Source: an uncultured Arenicella sp.
GTDB lineage: Bacteria; Pseudomonadota; Gammaproteobacteria; Arenicellales; Arenicellaceae
Assembly (NCBI GenBank): GCA_937918955.1
Contig: CAKZRZ010000014.1
Location: forward strand, 20,080-84,079
Direction: 5' to 3'
Length of the DNA: 64,000 bases
Both the position numbers and the translations under genes were made by a program. Below are positions 40,622 through 50,609 of this stretch, piece after piece. The notes below the pieces were generated by a model. It did not search any database and was not told where the DNA came from. It saw nothing but the letters and a program-made list of their open reading frames with translations. Within the stretch, counting starts at the first letter, position 1, and every line of letters begins with the position of its first letter.

Positions 40622-42139
40622 CTAGTCAACTTCGGGCCGCATATGAGGAAAAAGTAATACATCACGAATCGACGGGCTGTCGGTAAACAGCATTACCATT
40701 CGATCGATACCAATTCCCTCGCCCGCCGTTGGAGGCATACCGTACTCGAGCGCGCGGATATAGTCGGCATCAAAGTGCATGGCCTCATCATCGCCTGCGT
40801 CCTTCTCAGCAACCTGATTTTGAAAGCGTTCGGCTTGATCTTCTGGGTCATTCAGCTCCGAGAAACCATTGGCGATCTCACGACCGGCAATAAACAACTC
40901 GAAACGGTCAGTGACAAAATCGTCTTCATCGTTGCGGCGCGACAAAGGCGACACCTCTACCGGATACGCAGTAATGAACGTCGGTTCGGCCAAACGATCT
41001 TCAACTGTTTTCTCAAAGATTTCAATTTGTACCTTGCCAAGCCCATATGAGTCTTTGATCTGCACCTTTAAAGACTCCGCATAATCAGCTAGCTTAGCTC
41101 GATCTTTCAAATCAGCCTCGCTCAAGCTAGGATTAAAGTGCAATATTGATTCGGCCACCGTCATACGTCTAAAAGGCTTATTAAAATCAATATCCTGACC
41201 TTGATAGCTCACAATGCCTTCATCGGTGACCGACTGCGCAATGCCTTTAAACATTTCCTCGGTGATGTCCATCAAATCATTGTAATCAGCGTAGGCGAGG
41301 TAGAATTCCAACATAGTGAATTCTGGGTTATGCCGAGTACTCAAACCCTCATTACGGAAGTTACGATTGATCTCAAAAACACGCTCAAAACCGCCTACTA
41401 CAAGACGCTTTAAATACAACTCTGGCGCAATGCGTAGAAACAACTTCATGTCTAAAGCATTATGGTGAGTCACAAACGGTCTCGCCACTGCACCACCTGG
41501 GATGGCTTGCATCATCGGCGTTTCGACTTCCAAAAATTCTTTTTCAATCAAAAAGTTACGAATAAAACTTACTATTTTAGATCGTGTTGTGAAAACCTTA
41601 CGGCTTTCTTCGTTAGTAATTAAATCTACATAGCGCTGACGATAAGACATCTCTTTGTCTTTAAGGCCACTAAATTTATCAGGCAGCGGACGCAGGGATT
41701 TAACCAATAACTCGATGTGCGACACTTTAACACTCAACTCACCCTTATTGGTTTTAAACAGTACGCCTTTGGCACCGACGATATCGCCGATATCCCATTT
41801 CTTAAACTCTTCGTTGTAGAAGCCTTCGGGTAAGGCATCGCGAGTGACATAAACTTGAAGGCGGTCGCTTCGATCTTGCACATGCGCGAAGCTCGCTTTA
41901 CCCATAATGCGGCGACTCATTAAGCGACCAGCTACGGCAACTTCAACTGCCATTTCCTCAAGCGCTTCTTTATCAAGCGGCAAGTACTTTTCGATTAAAT
42001 CGCTCGCTAAATCACTCGGTTTAAACGTATTTGGGTAGGCTTGACCTGCCTCGCGCCAAGCATCTAACTTTTCACGGCGTTGGCGGATTAGTTCGTTTTC
42101 ATCAACTTGAGGCTGATCAGGTGTATTGTTATCGCTCAC
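40622..42139 (-). CDS. lysS: lysine--tRNA ligase (class II)
   Basis: [46 protein letters not shown]. Confidence 0.97.
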   Translation of the reverse strand: MSDNNTPDQPQVDENELIRQRREKLDAWREAGQAYPNTFKPSDLASDLIEKYLPLDKEALEEMAVEVAVAGRLMSRRIMGKASFAHVQDRSDRLQVYVTRDALPEGFYNEEFKKWDIGDIVGAKGVLFKTNKGELSVKVSHIELLVKSLRPLPDKFSGLKDKEMSYRQRYVDLITNEESRKVFTTRSKIVSFIRNFLIEKEFLEVETPMMQAIPGGAVARPFVTHHNALDMKLFLRIAPELYLKRLVVGGFERVFEINRNFRNEGLSTRHNPEFTMLEFYLAYADYNDLMDITEEMFKGIAQSVTDEGIVSYQGQDIDFNKPFRRMTVAESILHFNPSLSEADLKDRAKLADYAESLKVQIKDSYGLGKVQIEIFEKTVEDRLAEPTFITAYPVEVSPLSRRNDEDDFVTDRFELFIAGREIANGFSELNDPEDQAERFQNQVAEKDAGDDEAMHFDADYIRALEYGMPPTAGEGIGIDRMVMLFTDSPSIRDVLLFPHMRPEVD

Positions 42140-42230
42140 GGTATTCTATTTGTCTAAGTTCTTATTTCTAAATATCTTGTCTTTCAAATTAATAGGCTTA
42201 GGCGAAGATCGCTGCAAGCCGATAATTTTC

Positions 42231-43326
42231 TTACAAGCCTTGTTTAAGGCTTGCTTCAATAAACTGGTTCAAATCACCATCTAACACGGCTTGAGTATTG
42301 CCGGTTTCGACACTGGTTCTTAAATCTTTAATTCTCGATTGATCAAGTACGTATGATCTAATTTGCGAGCCCCAACCGATATCAGACTTTTCATCTTCTA
42401 CTGCTTGTTGGTCGGATCGTCGCTTTTGCATCTCATGCTCGTACAGCCGAGCCTTTAACATCGACATCGCCGAGTCTTTATTACGATGCTGCGATCTATC
42501 ACTTTGACATTGTACGACAATGCCAGTCGGCTCATGTGTAATTCGTACCGCCGAATCGGTTTTATTAACATGCTGGCCGCCTGAGCCGCTTGCACGGTAT
42601 GTATCGATGCGTAAATCAGCCGGGTTAATGTCCACCTCTACGCGATCGTCAATCTCAGGGTAAGCGAACAGAGACGCAAACGAAGTATGCCGCCGGCTTC
42701 CCGAGTCAAACGGAGACTTACGCACAAGACGATGAACACCTGTTTCGGTGCGTAAAAAGCCAAAAGCGTATTCCCCAGCGATCTTGACGGTAGCACTTTT
42801 AATTCCAGCTACGTCGCCCTCAGATAATTCGATGATATCCGCCTTAAAGCCTTGTGCATCAGCCCAACGAAGATACATCCGCAAAATCATATTCGCCCAA
42901 TCTTGAGCTTCAGTGCCGCCCGAGCCTGACTGAATATCGATAAAGGCGTTATTGGCGTCCATTGGGCCTGAGAACATGCGTTGAAACTCCAACACAGCCA
43001 AATCAGCCTCAAGCGCATCAAGATCAGCACTCACTTCATCGGCAAGATCTTGGTCTTGCTCTTCAGCGGCCAATTCGAGCATTTCAGCACACTCGCCTAC
43101 ACCGCTATCAACGCGTTGCAGTGTTTTAACAATTTTTTCTAACGATGCTTTCTCTTGCCCTAGTTTCTGCGCGAACTCTTGGTCTTCCCAAATACTAGGG
43201 TCTTCCATTTGGCGCATCACTTCTTCTAAGCGCTCGGCCTTGCTATCGTAGTCAAAGATACCCCCTGAGCAACGCGCTGCGCTGACCGAGGTCTTTAGCT
43301 TGTTCGAATAAAGGGTTAAGTTCCAT
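42231..43326 (-). CDS. prfB: peptide chain release factor 2 with programmed +1 frameshift after codon 24
   Basis: ATG 43326 gives [24 protein letters not shown], then CTT-T-GAC; downstream frame has SPF and GGQ motifs. Confidence 0.97.
43251..43266 (-). promoter_or_regulatory. prfB frameshift cassette AGGGGG-TAT-CTT-TGA-C
   Basis: Exact canonical internal SD plus slippery site on the minus strand. Confidence 0.96.
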
Positions 43327-43462
43327 GATGCTTAGCGCTACGAGAGGTTAAAAGTTGGGTTTTTATGGAGGCTGATTTTCAGACTCGAAAGATACCTGAA
43401 AATGACGATATAAACTAGGTATCTAATCACCTGAGAACAACAGGTTTAAGGCCAAACCATAC

Positions 43463-44227
43463 TCATTTTAGAGCTTTTTGCACACTCGCCCACTGACGCA
43501 ACCAAGGGCCGTGCTCCGCCATACCAGGGCTGAGGTTTTGCCGAGCAAAATCAGCCTTATCCTTGGAATCAAAAGAACCATAGACAAGCTTATAGAAAAC
43601 CTCGCCATTTACTTTTTCGGTATAGTAGCCAGCCCCTGTTGTTAGTCCATGTTCCGTCACAAAGCGATCTACTTTGCTTTGATCGGTAAAAGCCAGCAAT
43701 TGAATTGTCCAATTGTCTGATGGCTGTCGCGAAATCCAAGCTAAATCATCTACCTCTGTCTGAGATGAATCTTGTTGTTTCTCAGGCACCTGTTGATTTG
43801 CTCGGGTATCAACTGTTTTAGCGCCCATTGGAACACCTAAATAGCGCTGCGCAGGCGCATAACCTTGTTGCGCCGCACTATTTATCAAGCTAATGGCCTC
43901 GTCATCAGAACCACCGCGGTCCAACATCCGCTGAGCCATATGATATGCAGCAGCGGGGTAACCATTGTCGTGAGCCAATGAAAACCAGTTCATTGCTTTG
44001 TCGATGCTGGCACCATTTACTTTGGCTTGCTCATGCAATAAACCTAGGTTAAACATTGACTTGGCGTCTTTTTTTTGAGCTCCGCTTAGCCAGTGCTTTT
44101 GAGCAAGCGAGTAATTACCGTCAAGATAAGCAATCAAACCATCTTGATAATCATTTGCATGTGCATCACCAACAAACGCTGAAAGAGCGATTAAGGTAAG
44201 TAGTTGTCTAAGCATTTTGTGTAGCAT
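43463..44227 (-). CDS. secreted Sel1-repeat + SPOR domain protein
   Basis: Signal peptide, SMFNLGLL..AMNWF..A Sel1 repeats, C-terminal WTIQLLA…YKLVYGSF…PW SPOR (DamX-like). Confidence 0.8.
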   Translation of the reverse strand: MLHKMLRQLLTLIALSAFVGDAHANDYQDGLIAYLDGNYSLAQKHWLSGAQKKDAKSMFNLGLLHEQAKVNGASIDKAMNWFSLAHDNGYPAAAYHMAQRMLDRGGSDDEAISLINSAAQQGYAPAQRYLGVPMGAKTVDTRANQQVPEKQQDSSQTEVDDLAWISRQPSDNWTIQLLAFTDQSKVDRFVTEHGLTTGAGYYTEKVNGEVFYKLVYGSFDSKDKADFARQNLSPGMAEHGPWLRQWASVQKALK

Positions 44228-44283
44228 TGATTACCGTAGGGCTCACTTTAATTTTCACGCTGCGTTGAAACTAATATTCAGGC

Positions 44284-44312
44284 AAAAAAAGAGGCTGGCT
44301 AGGCCAACCTCT
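44284..44312 (-). terminator. Rho-independent terminator after amtB
   Basis: Minus strand agaggttggc-cta-gccagcctct followed by T-run. Confidence 0.8.
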
Positions 44313-44359
44313 CTTATTTAGACCAATGCACATTGGCCAAATTAGTAACAAGGCAACTT

Positions 44360-44400
44360 AGGTCTCAAAACCCAAGGTCTCAAAACCCAAGGCCTCAAAA
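44360..44400. repeat. 15-nt tandem repeat (2.7 units) in amtB 3' UTR
   Basis: aggtctcaaaaccca aggtctcaaaaccca aggcctcaaaa. Confidence 0.85.
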
Positions 44401-44405
44401 TCGAC

Positions 44406-45686
44406 CTATATATTGTAGCCTGTTTCACCATGCTGCACTATGTCTAAACCTTGTTGCTCGGTTTCTTCACCAGCACGCAATGGCGTCAATAAGCCGATCA
44501 ATTTCAATAGAATAAAGGATACGATCGCTGCGTATGCACCGGTGGCAACAACACCAAGCACTTGCACACCGAGTTGGCTTGTAAGCCCCATTTCGTCAGC
44601 ATAACCAACTCCGCCATAAGCCGCTGAAACAAACACTGCGGCCATAATGGTACCCAATGCACCGCCCACTCCATGAACGGGGAAAACATCTAGGGAGTCG
44701 TCAATCTTAAAACCACTTTTAATCATTTGTGTGGCGAAGTAACAAACCGTACCACCACAGAGACCAATAACAACACCTCCAACCGGGCCAACAAAGCCTG
44801 AAGCAGGTGTGATAGTACCAAGGCCAGCAACCATACCAGTTACGATGCCTAGTACGCTTGGCTTTTTAAAGCGAATCCACTCGATGGTCATCCAAGCTAA
44901 AGAACCTGCTGCCGCGCTTAAGTGCGTTACCAACATTGCCATGCCCGCTCCGCCATTTGCGCCAACGGCTGAACCGCCATTAAAGCCAAACCAGCCGAAC
45001 CAGAGCATGCCTGCACCAACAACCGTTAAGGTTAAGCTGTGTGGAGTCATTGGCTTCTCAGGAAAACCTTTGCGATTGCCGATTACGATTGCGGCTACCA
45101 AGGCGCTAACACCGGCGGTTACATGCACTACGGTACCCCCGGCGAAATCGAGCAAGCCTTTTTCGGCTAGCCAGCCGCCGCCCCAAACCCAATGGGTAAC
45201 AGGTACGTAAACGAGCAGGCCCCATAATACTGAGAAAATCAACATAGCAGCAAAATTCATTCGCTCAGCGAAACCGCCAACAAACAGAGCTGGGGTAATC
45301 ATGATGAAGGTCATTTGAAAAACCACGAAGACCGATTCTGGGATGGTGCCGTTCATAGAATCAAATGTAACGCCGCTTAAAAAGGCTTTGTCTAGATTGC
45401 CGATCAAGGCGCCATCGCCGCTGAATGCGAGGCTATAGCCAACCGCGAACCAAAGCAGTGACATTGCGCACGCGATGGTGAAACACTGCATTAATACTGA
45501 AAGCACATTCTTGGTACGAACAAGACCAGCATAAAAAAGAGACAAGCCTGGTAGTAGCATGAACAGTACCAGTGCCGAAGAAGTCAACATCCAGGCGGTA
45601 TCACCTGTATCAAGTTGATCAGCCATTGCCGACATTGGCATGGCCGTGAACGCTAACGCCGTTGCTAGCAGTGCACGTAATTTCAT
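44406..45686 (-). CDS. amtB: ammonium transporter AmtB
   Basis: DTAWML.SS.LVLFM, LDFAGGTVVH, LWFGWFGFNGGS, DDSLDVFPVHG. Confidence 0.96.
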   Translation of the reverse strand: MKLRALLATALAFTAMPMSAMADQLDTGDTAWMLTSSALVLFMLLPGLSLFYAGLVRTKNVLSVLMQCFTIACAMSLLWFAVGYSLAFSGDGALIGNLDKAFLSGVTFDSMNGTIPESVFVVFQMTFIMITPALFVGGFAERMNFAAMLIFSVLWGLLVYVPVTHWVWGGGWLAEKGLLDFAGGTVVHVTAGVSALVAAIVIGNRKGFPEKPMTPHSLTLTVVGAGMLWFGWFGFNGGSAVGANGGAGMAMLVTHLSAAAGSLAWMTIEWIRFKKPSVLGIVTGMVAGLGTITPASGFVGPVGGVVIGLCGGTVCYFATQMIKSGFKIDDSLDVFPVHGVGGALGTIMAAVFVSAAYGGVGYADEMGLTSQLGVQVLGVVATGAYAAIVSFILLKLIGLLTPLRAGEETEQQGLDIVQHGETGYNI

Positions 45687-45801
45687 TATAGTTTTCCTAA
45701 ATTATATTTTTGTTTTTATAGGTATTCCTCAGTAAACACCTGTTATTGGAAGATAAAGTCTAGCCTGCCCTACCTTGAAAGGTTCTAAAGCAGCCAAGCG
45801 G

Positions 45802-46179
<378 letters not shown>

Positions 46180-46213
46180 TTAATAAGCTTACCCTCCTAA
46201 ATATCGATAGGTA

Positions 46214-46230
46214 AGCCAATAAGAGGCCAG
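46214..46230 (-). promoter_or_regulatory. candidate sigma-54 promoter of glnK-amtB
   Basis: Minus strand CTGGCCTCTTATTGGCT has GG-N10-GC spacing; glnK-amtB is typically sigma-54/NtrC controlled. Confidence 0.4.
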
Positions 46231-46274
46231 AATATTAATAAATTCAGGCCCAAATTCATAGACTGAACAGTGTT

Positions 46275-47234
46275 CTAACCGATAATTCTGCGCTTTGCGT
46301 CATTGTATTCCGATTTTAATTGCGCTACGCGCTCAGAAACCGTCTGAATTTCGTCAATTGCGCCAATTCCTTGGCCACAGCCCCATATGTCCTTCCAAGC
46401 TTTTGCATCAGAGCTTTGGTCAGTGAGTTTTTGCATAGCCGCAATATCGCCCTTTGGAAGATTTGCGGGGTCCATACCAGCAGCTTCAATGCTTGGGCTT
46501 AAATAGTTGCCTGACACGCCAGTGAAGTAGTCAGAATAAACGATATCTTTAGCGTCGCAATCAACAACCATTTGTTTGTATTCTTGCGCGGCGTTCGCTT
46601 CTTTTGTAGCAATAAATGCTGACCCAATATACCCAAAATCGGCGCCCATAGCTTGCGCTGCTAACACTGAGTCACCCGAGGCAATACAACCTGAAAGTGC
46701 TAGTGGCCCGTCAAACCATTCGCGTGTTTCTTGAATAATGGCAAATGGCGATAAAGCACCCGCGTGACCGCCGGCGCCAGCGGCGACTGCGATCAAGCCA
46801 TCCGCGCCCTTTTCGATCGCCTTACGGGCAAAGCGCTGATTAATAACATCATGCATCACAATTCCACCGTAAGAATGAGCGGCCGAATTTACATCTTCAT
46901 TAGCACCTAATGAAGTAATAATGATTGGCACTTTGTACTTCACACACAATTCCATATCTTCGTACAAACGCTCGTTGCTTTTAAACACGATTTGATTAAC
47001 CGCAAACGGCGCTGCTGGAGAGTCTGGATTTGTTTGGTTGTACTTGTCTAACTCTTCGGTGATTTCTTGGAGCCACTTTTCAAACTCACCTTCACCTCGA
47101 GCATTCAGCGCAGGAAAAGATCCGACAATACCGGCCTTGCATTGCTCGATCACCATTTCTTTGCCCGACAGAATAAACATCGGCGCCGCGATCACCGGCA
47201 ATTGAAGGTTTTGAAAAACGTTGGGAAGTGCCAT
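46275..47234 (-). CDS. nitronate monooxygenase family flavoprotein
   Basis: LPVIAAPMF, GSFPALNAR, AGAGGHAG, MGADFGYIGSAFIAT.E, AWKDIWG.GQG. Confidence 0.88.
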   Translation of the reverse strand: MALPNVFQNLQLPVIAAPMFILSGKEMVIEQCKAGIVGSFPALNARGEGEFEKWLQEITEELDKYNQTNPDSPAAPFAVNQIVFKSNERLYEDMELCVKYKVPIIITSLGANEDVNSAAHSYGGIVMHDVINQRFARKAIEKGADGLIAVAAGAGGHAGALSPFAIIQETREWFDGPLALSGCIASGDSVLAAQAMGADFGYIGSAFIATKEANAAQEYKQMVVDCDAKDIVYSDYFTGVSGNYLSPSIEAAGMDPANLPKGDIAAMQKLTDQSSDAKAWKDIWGCGQGIGAIDEIQTVSERVAQLKSEYNDAKRRIIG

Positions 47235-47465
47235 ATCTAATTCTCTCTTAATAATTTCTTAGTAATCTATCTTAATACTTAACAATCTTGCTGAGATTAA
47301 CAGCAGGTTTAGTCGCTATAGACGCCTTGTTAATCATAACTTCTAAAGAAGTTATCGTTAGAATAACGCCGTTATAGTTTATATCAGTTTCAATGTGAGC
47401 ATGGAATCTCTAAATCTGTTATCAAGCACTTGTCTAACTTAGTTAATTTAGAACCTAAGATACGA

Positions 47466-47672
47466 TGGCAATTAAACAGCATTTAGTATATTGATGCTTG
47501 CTTTAATGTCGCCAATGTGACAAATTGAACCAGAGGTTTTCGCGCAAACCTCATTTAGAGCGAGTCGTATCCAGCATGCCCCTACCCCTATCTTCTGGGT
47601 ACGGCTCGACACTCTAAACCTTATCTCCTTATGCGTTTTGCCAGCTCCAAGTCGTATAACAGTTGGCATTTT
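47466..47672 (+). ncRNA. candidate structured small RNA (unrecognised family)
   Basis: Four consecutive hairpins whose mismatches are mostly G-U pairs on the + strand; last hairpin followed by TTTT; no + strand CDS upstream. Confidence 0.4.
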
Positions 47673-47840
47673 CACCACGTTTCAAACATTACTCCTTACA
47701 CATTTCCTGATTGCTAAAGGCACTTGCTCGTTTTTAAACGCGTAGTTAGCTACGAAATTATGCCGGGCAAAAAGGCCTTACTTTTCCCTAGATATTCAGA
47801 TTGCACTGACTCACTTCACAGCCGACCAGGCGAAAAGTTA

Positions 47841-49256
47841 TCAACGTAAAACAACTGTGAAGCAGGTTCCTTTGTGTTCAAGTGGGTCTGTAATTGTAAG
47901 GTCGCCGCTGTACGCATAAACTATTCCTTTTACGATGTGTAAGCCCAAACCATGACCGGGCGTCTGACTGTCCAGTCGAACACCTCGTTCGGCTATAGTT
48001 GCCTTAAGCTGATCGTCTATACCAACGCCATTATCGACAACCCGCAACTGAATGTTTTTTCTACGAGAGTTATCGACATCAAGCTCATCGCCCTCAAGAT
48101 TACGTACTCGCACCTGCACCTTATTAGAAGTCCATTTAAATGCGTTATCAAGAAGGTTGCCACAGAGCTCCATCCAGTCGCCTTGATCACCAAAAAATAA
48201 TACACCTTCTGCAATATCCAACTCACAATCAATGTGTTTGTCAGCGTGTAGTTTTTGCAAGGTATTCACCATTTGGCGAGTAATCTCTGTTATTTCAATC
48301 GGCCTTGCAAAGCGGCGGCGACCGACTGTTGACGCACTTTGAAGCTGGTAGTCGATGATCGATTGCATAGTCTCGAGTTGCCGCTGCGCATCTACTGAAA
48401 CGTCGCGTGAGTATTTGAGCCCTTTGAGCACTGCAATCGGTGTTTTTAAACTGTGCGCTAGGTTACCAAGCACCTCTTTCTGACGAGTGATTCGCTGTTC
48501 ATCAAAATTCAAAAGCTGATTAAGATTCTGCGTTAAGCGACTGACTTCTATAGGATAATCCTCATCAAAGCGCTCTCGATCACCGGCTTCAATTTGTGCC
48601 ACTTGTCGAGTAACACGTTGTAAAGGCTTAAGCGCCCAACCAAGTGAGGCCAGCAATAAGGCGATCAATACACCGCCAGTTAGCAATAAGCCGAAACTCA
48701 CCTGCCGCTGATATCGCCGTAGGCGTTTTGTATAATTTGATGAATGCTCAGCAACACTGACTGTTAAGGGCATAACACCATCGTCAGTTTGCCATTCAAG
48801 CGTTAGTGAGGTTGCAAAACTGGCAGGTTGCTCTCGCCAATCGAGTCGTTTAGTAAAGCTAAATACGCCAACGGAGGAGTCCATTGTTGGCAGTTGCATG
48901 TCGAGCAAGGACGGCGACCTCCACAATACTGAGGGCGGATTGGAGCTATTGTTTGTAGACTTGTTTTCAGATGCGGCCGCATCTTCCTGAATAGAGTTTG
49001 ACCGGCTTATTTGCGCGAACAAACTCGAGTCCATCTGCGCGAAACGCGGCTCAGGCAACGCATTGGGGACCATCAACTCGCCCTCAATAACATCGATATT
49101 GGCGATCAATAGAAGAATTTGGTTGCGTAAATTGTCTTCGGCATTACTCAGAACACTGTCTTCGAATGCGCGATTGAGCGCGAATGTCATCCCCCCCAAA
49201 AACAGTAAGAGCAATATGGTGGCGGTGGTTAGTAGCCTACGGCGCAGGGAATACAC
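47841..49256 (-). CDS. PhoQ/CarS-like sensor histidine kinase
   Basis: SLRRRLL, LPEPRF..DSSLFAQI, LWRSPS, GNLAHSLKTP, GNLLDNAFKW, RG.RLD..PGHGLGL. Confidence 0.88.
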   Translation of the reverse strand: MYSLRRRLLTTATILLLLFLGGMTFALNRAFEDSVLSNAEDNLRNQILLLIANIDVIEGELMVPNALPEPRFAQMDSSLFAQISRSNSIQEDAAASENKSTNNSSNPPSVLWRSPSLLDMQLPTMDSSVGVFSFTKRLDWREQPASFATSLTLEWQTDDGVMPLTVSVAEHSSNYTKRLRRYQRQVSFGLLLTGGVLIALLLASLGWALKPLQRVTRQVAQIEAGDRERFDEDYPIEVSRLTQNLNQLLNFDEQRITRQKEVLGNLAHSLKTPIAVLKGLKYSRDVSVDAQRQLETMQSIIDYQLQSASTVGRRRFARPIEITEITRQMVNTLQKLHADKHIDCELDIAEGVLFFGDQGDWMELCGNLLDNAFKWTSNKVQVRVRNLEGDELDVDNSRRKNIQLRVVDNGVGIDDQLKATIAERGVRLDSQTPGHGLGLHIVKGIVYAYSGDLTITDPLEHKGTCFTVVLR

Positions 49257-49274
49257 TAAAGCTTAGCCTCTGTT

Positions 49275-49349
49275 TTATCTGAACGATATTTATCAAATCT
49301 ATAGCTATCCAAACTAGAATTATCCAAAGCAAGCCTAGCCAATACCCAT
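49275..49349. repeat. five degenerate 15-nt tandem units between regulator and kinase genes
   Basis: ttatctgaacgatat/ttatcaaatctatag/ctatccaaactagaa/ttatccaaagcaagc/ctagccaatacccat. Confidence 0.55.
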
Positions 49350-49360
49350 TGGCGACAAAA

Positions 49361-50047
49361 TTAAGAAACAACGCTGCGGGCAATACTAAAGCGGTAGCCG
49401 CGCCCTCGTTGCGTCTCTATCGGCTTCAAACTGCCGTCCGGATCAAGCTTTTTACGCAAACGCCGAATAAACACTTCGATCGTATTGCTATCACGGTCGT
49501 CGTCTTCTTCGTAAATATGGTCAACGAGTTCGCGTTTCGAAATAACTTTGCCAGTATGCATCATCAAATACGAGAGTAGGCGGTATTCATAGGCAGTAAT
49601 CGTCACCGCTCGATCCTCAATAAAGAGTTGTTTAGATGAGGTATCAATCTTGATCGGGCCGCAAACCAGTGTGTTGTCGGCAAGCCCAACAGCGCGCCGA
49701 AGTAGTACTTTGAGACGGGCCAACATCTCTTCAGGGTGAAACGGCTTGGTTAAATAATCGTCGGCACCGGCTTCCAAGCCTTCTACCTTCTCTTGCCAAC
49801 GACTTCGCGCAGTCAATATAAGCACAGGGTAAGCTTTGCCGCTTGCTCTAAGCTGCTTAATCAGCTCAACGCCATCAAGCTTTGGTAGGCCAAGGTCAAC
49901 GATTGCTAGGTCAACTGGGTATTCTTTAGCAAAATACAAGCCCTCTTCTCCGTCACTGGCCACATCAACAACATAGTCGTTGTCGCGTAAGGTGTCGGCT
50001 AGTTGTTGCTGTAAGCTTAGTTCGTCTTCAACAATTAGAATGCGCAT
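49361..50047 (-). CDS. PhoP/CarR-like response regulator
   Basis: DLAIVDLGLP, PVLILTARSRWQEKVEGL, GADDYLTKPF, DRDSNTIEVFIRRLRKKLDP. Confidence 0.9.
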   Translation of the reverse strand: MRILIVEDELSLQQQLADTLRDNDYVVDVASDGEEGLYFAKEYPVDLAIVDLGLPKLDGVELIKQLRASGKAYPVLILTARSRWQEKVEGLEAGADDYLTKPFHPEEMLARLKVLLRRAVGLADNTLVCGPIKIDTSSKQLFIEDRAVTITAYEYRLLSYLMMHTGKVISKRELVDHIYEEDDDRDSNTIEVFIRRLRKKLDPDGSLKPIETQRGRGYRFSIARSVVS

Positions 50048-50095
50048 AGTTTTATGGTTTAACGTTTTCGATAACGGCTATGTGGGCTCTAAGAC

Positions 50096-50464
50096 TTATC
50101 GTCTGGCGCTGACTGTGACAACCTTGACCACGCCATTTGAAAGGTAAACCCGAACTCGGTAGACCATCGAGCGTTCGTCGAGCTTGATACGAAGAATCTC
50201 AGCATTTGGGTGTCGACGTTTAACTTCTCGAATTACGTCGCTGCGAGAACGTACTTTTCCGCTCTGAGAATATTCGCGCGAACGCAAAGACTCTTTGCCA
50301 CCCTTTTGATAGCTCCGTGTATAAACCTGTCCCTGAAGACCGTCTTTAGTTCGGCTCCAAGCATGGCCTCCAAAGGCATCGGCATTAGAAACCGGAGTCA
50401 TCGCGATGACCGCACCAATAAAGGTGATTCCAATTAGCCAATTTTTTGAATTAAGAAGAGCCAT
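50096..50464 (-). CDS. secreted PepSY-like domain protein
   Basis: Signal peptide; C-terminal AEILRIKL…YRVRV.L..G.V..V.V; position upstream of a PhoP-like regulator. Confidence 0.7.
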   Translation of the reverse strand: MALLNSKNWLIGITFIGAVIAMTPVSNADAFGGHAWSRTKDGLQGQVYTRSYQKGGKESLRSREYSQSGKVRSRSDVIREVKRRHPNAEILRIKLDERSMVYRVRVYLSNGVVKVVTVSARR

Positions 50465-50509
50465 GGTTAAAAGTAGAGTGTACCGCCGATTTAATTGAGT
50501 TTAAGTGTA

Positions 50510-50589
50510 GGGCATGACTCTTTTTTGTCAAACCCAGTTTGCAGTGTTCCTACAATTGCAAACCTGATCTGAGTAAAGAGTGCATGCCC
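50510..50589. other. 80-nt imperfect rod-like hairpin between glycine-zipper and PepSY genes
   Basis: gggcatg-actcttt…cag-tttgca…tgcaaa-cctg…aaagagt-gcatgccc. Confidence 0.7.
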
Positions 50590-50609
50590 CCGAATTTAGG
50601 TCTAGGTGA

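Noticed and set aside
42231-43326. Apparent prfB truncation or pseudogene
   Set aside because: Explained by the well-known programmed +1 frameshift; not novel
44333-44515. 60-aa ORF with RSQNP repeats
   Set aside because: Artefact of the 15-nt repeat; antisense to the amtB 3' end
47472-47678. 68-aa minus-strand ORF and MFETW mini-ORF in the structured intergenic region
   Set aside because: AAGGAG is 2 nt from the ATG and too far from the GTG; no recognisable or toxin-like features; structure favours a non-coding role, though not excluded
47235-47840. tmRNA, RNase P, 6S or retron identity for the structured region
   Set aside because: No tmRNA or RNase P consensus ends, not in the usual 6S context, and no reverse transcriptase in the window
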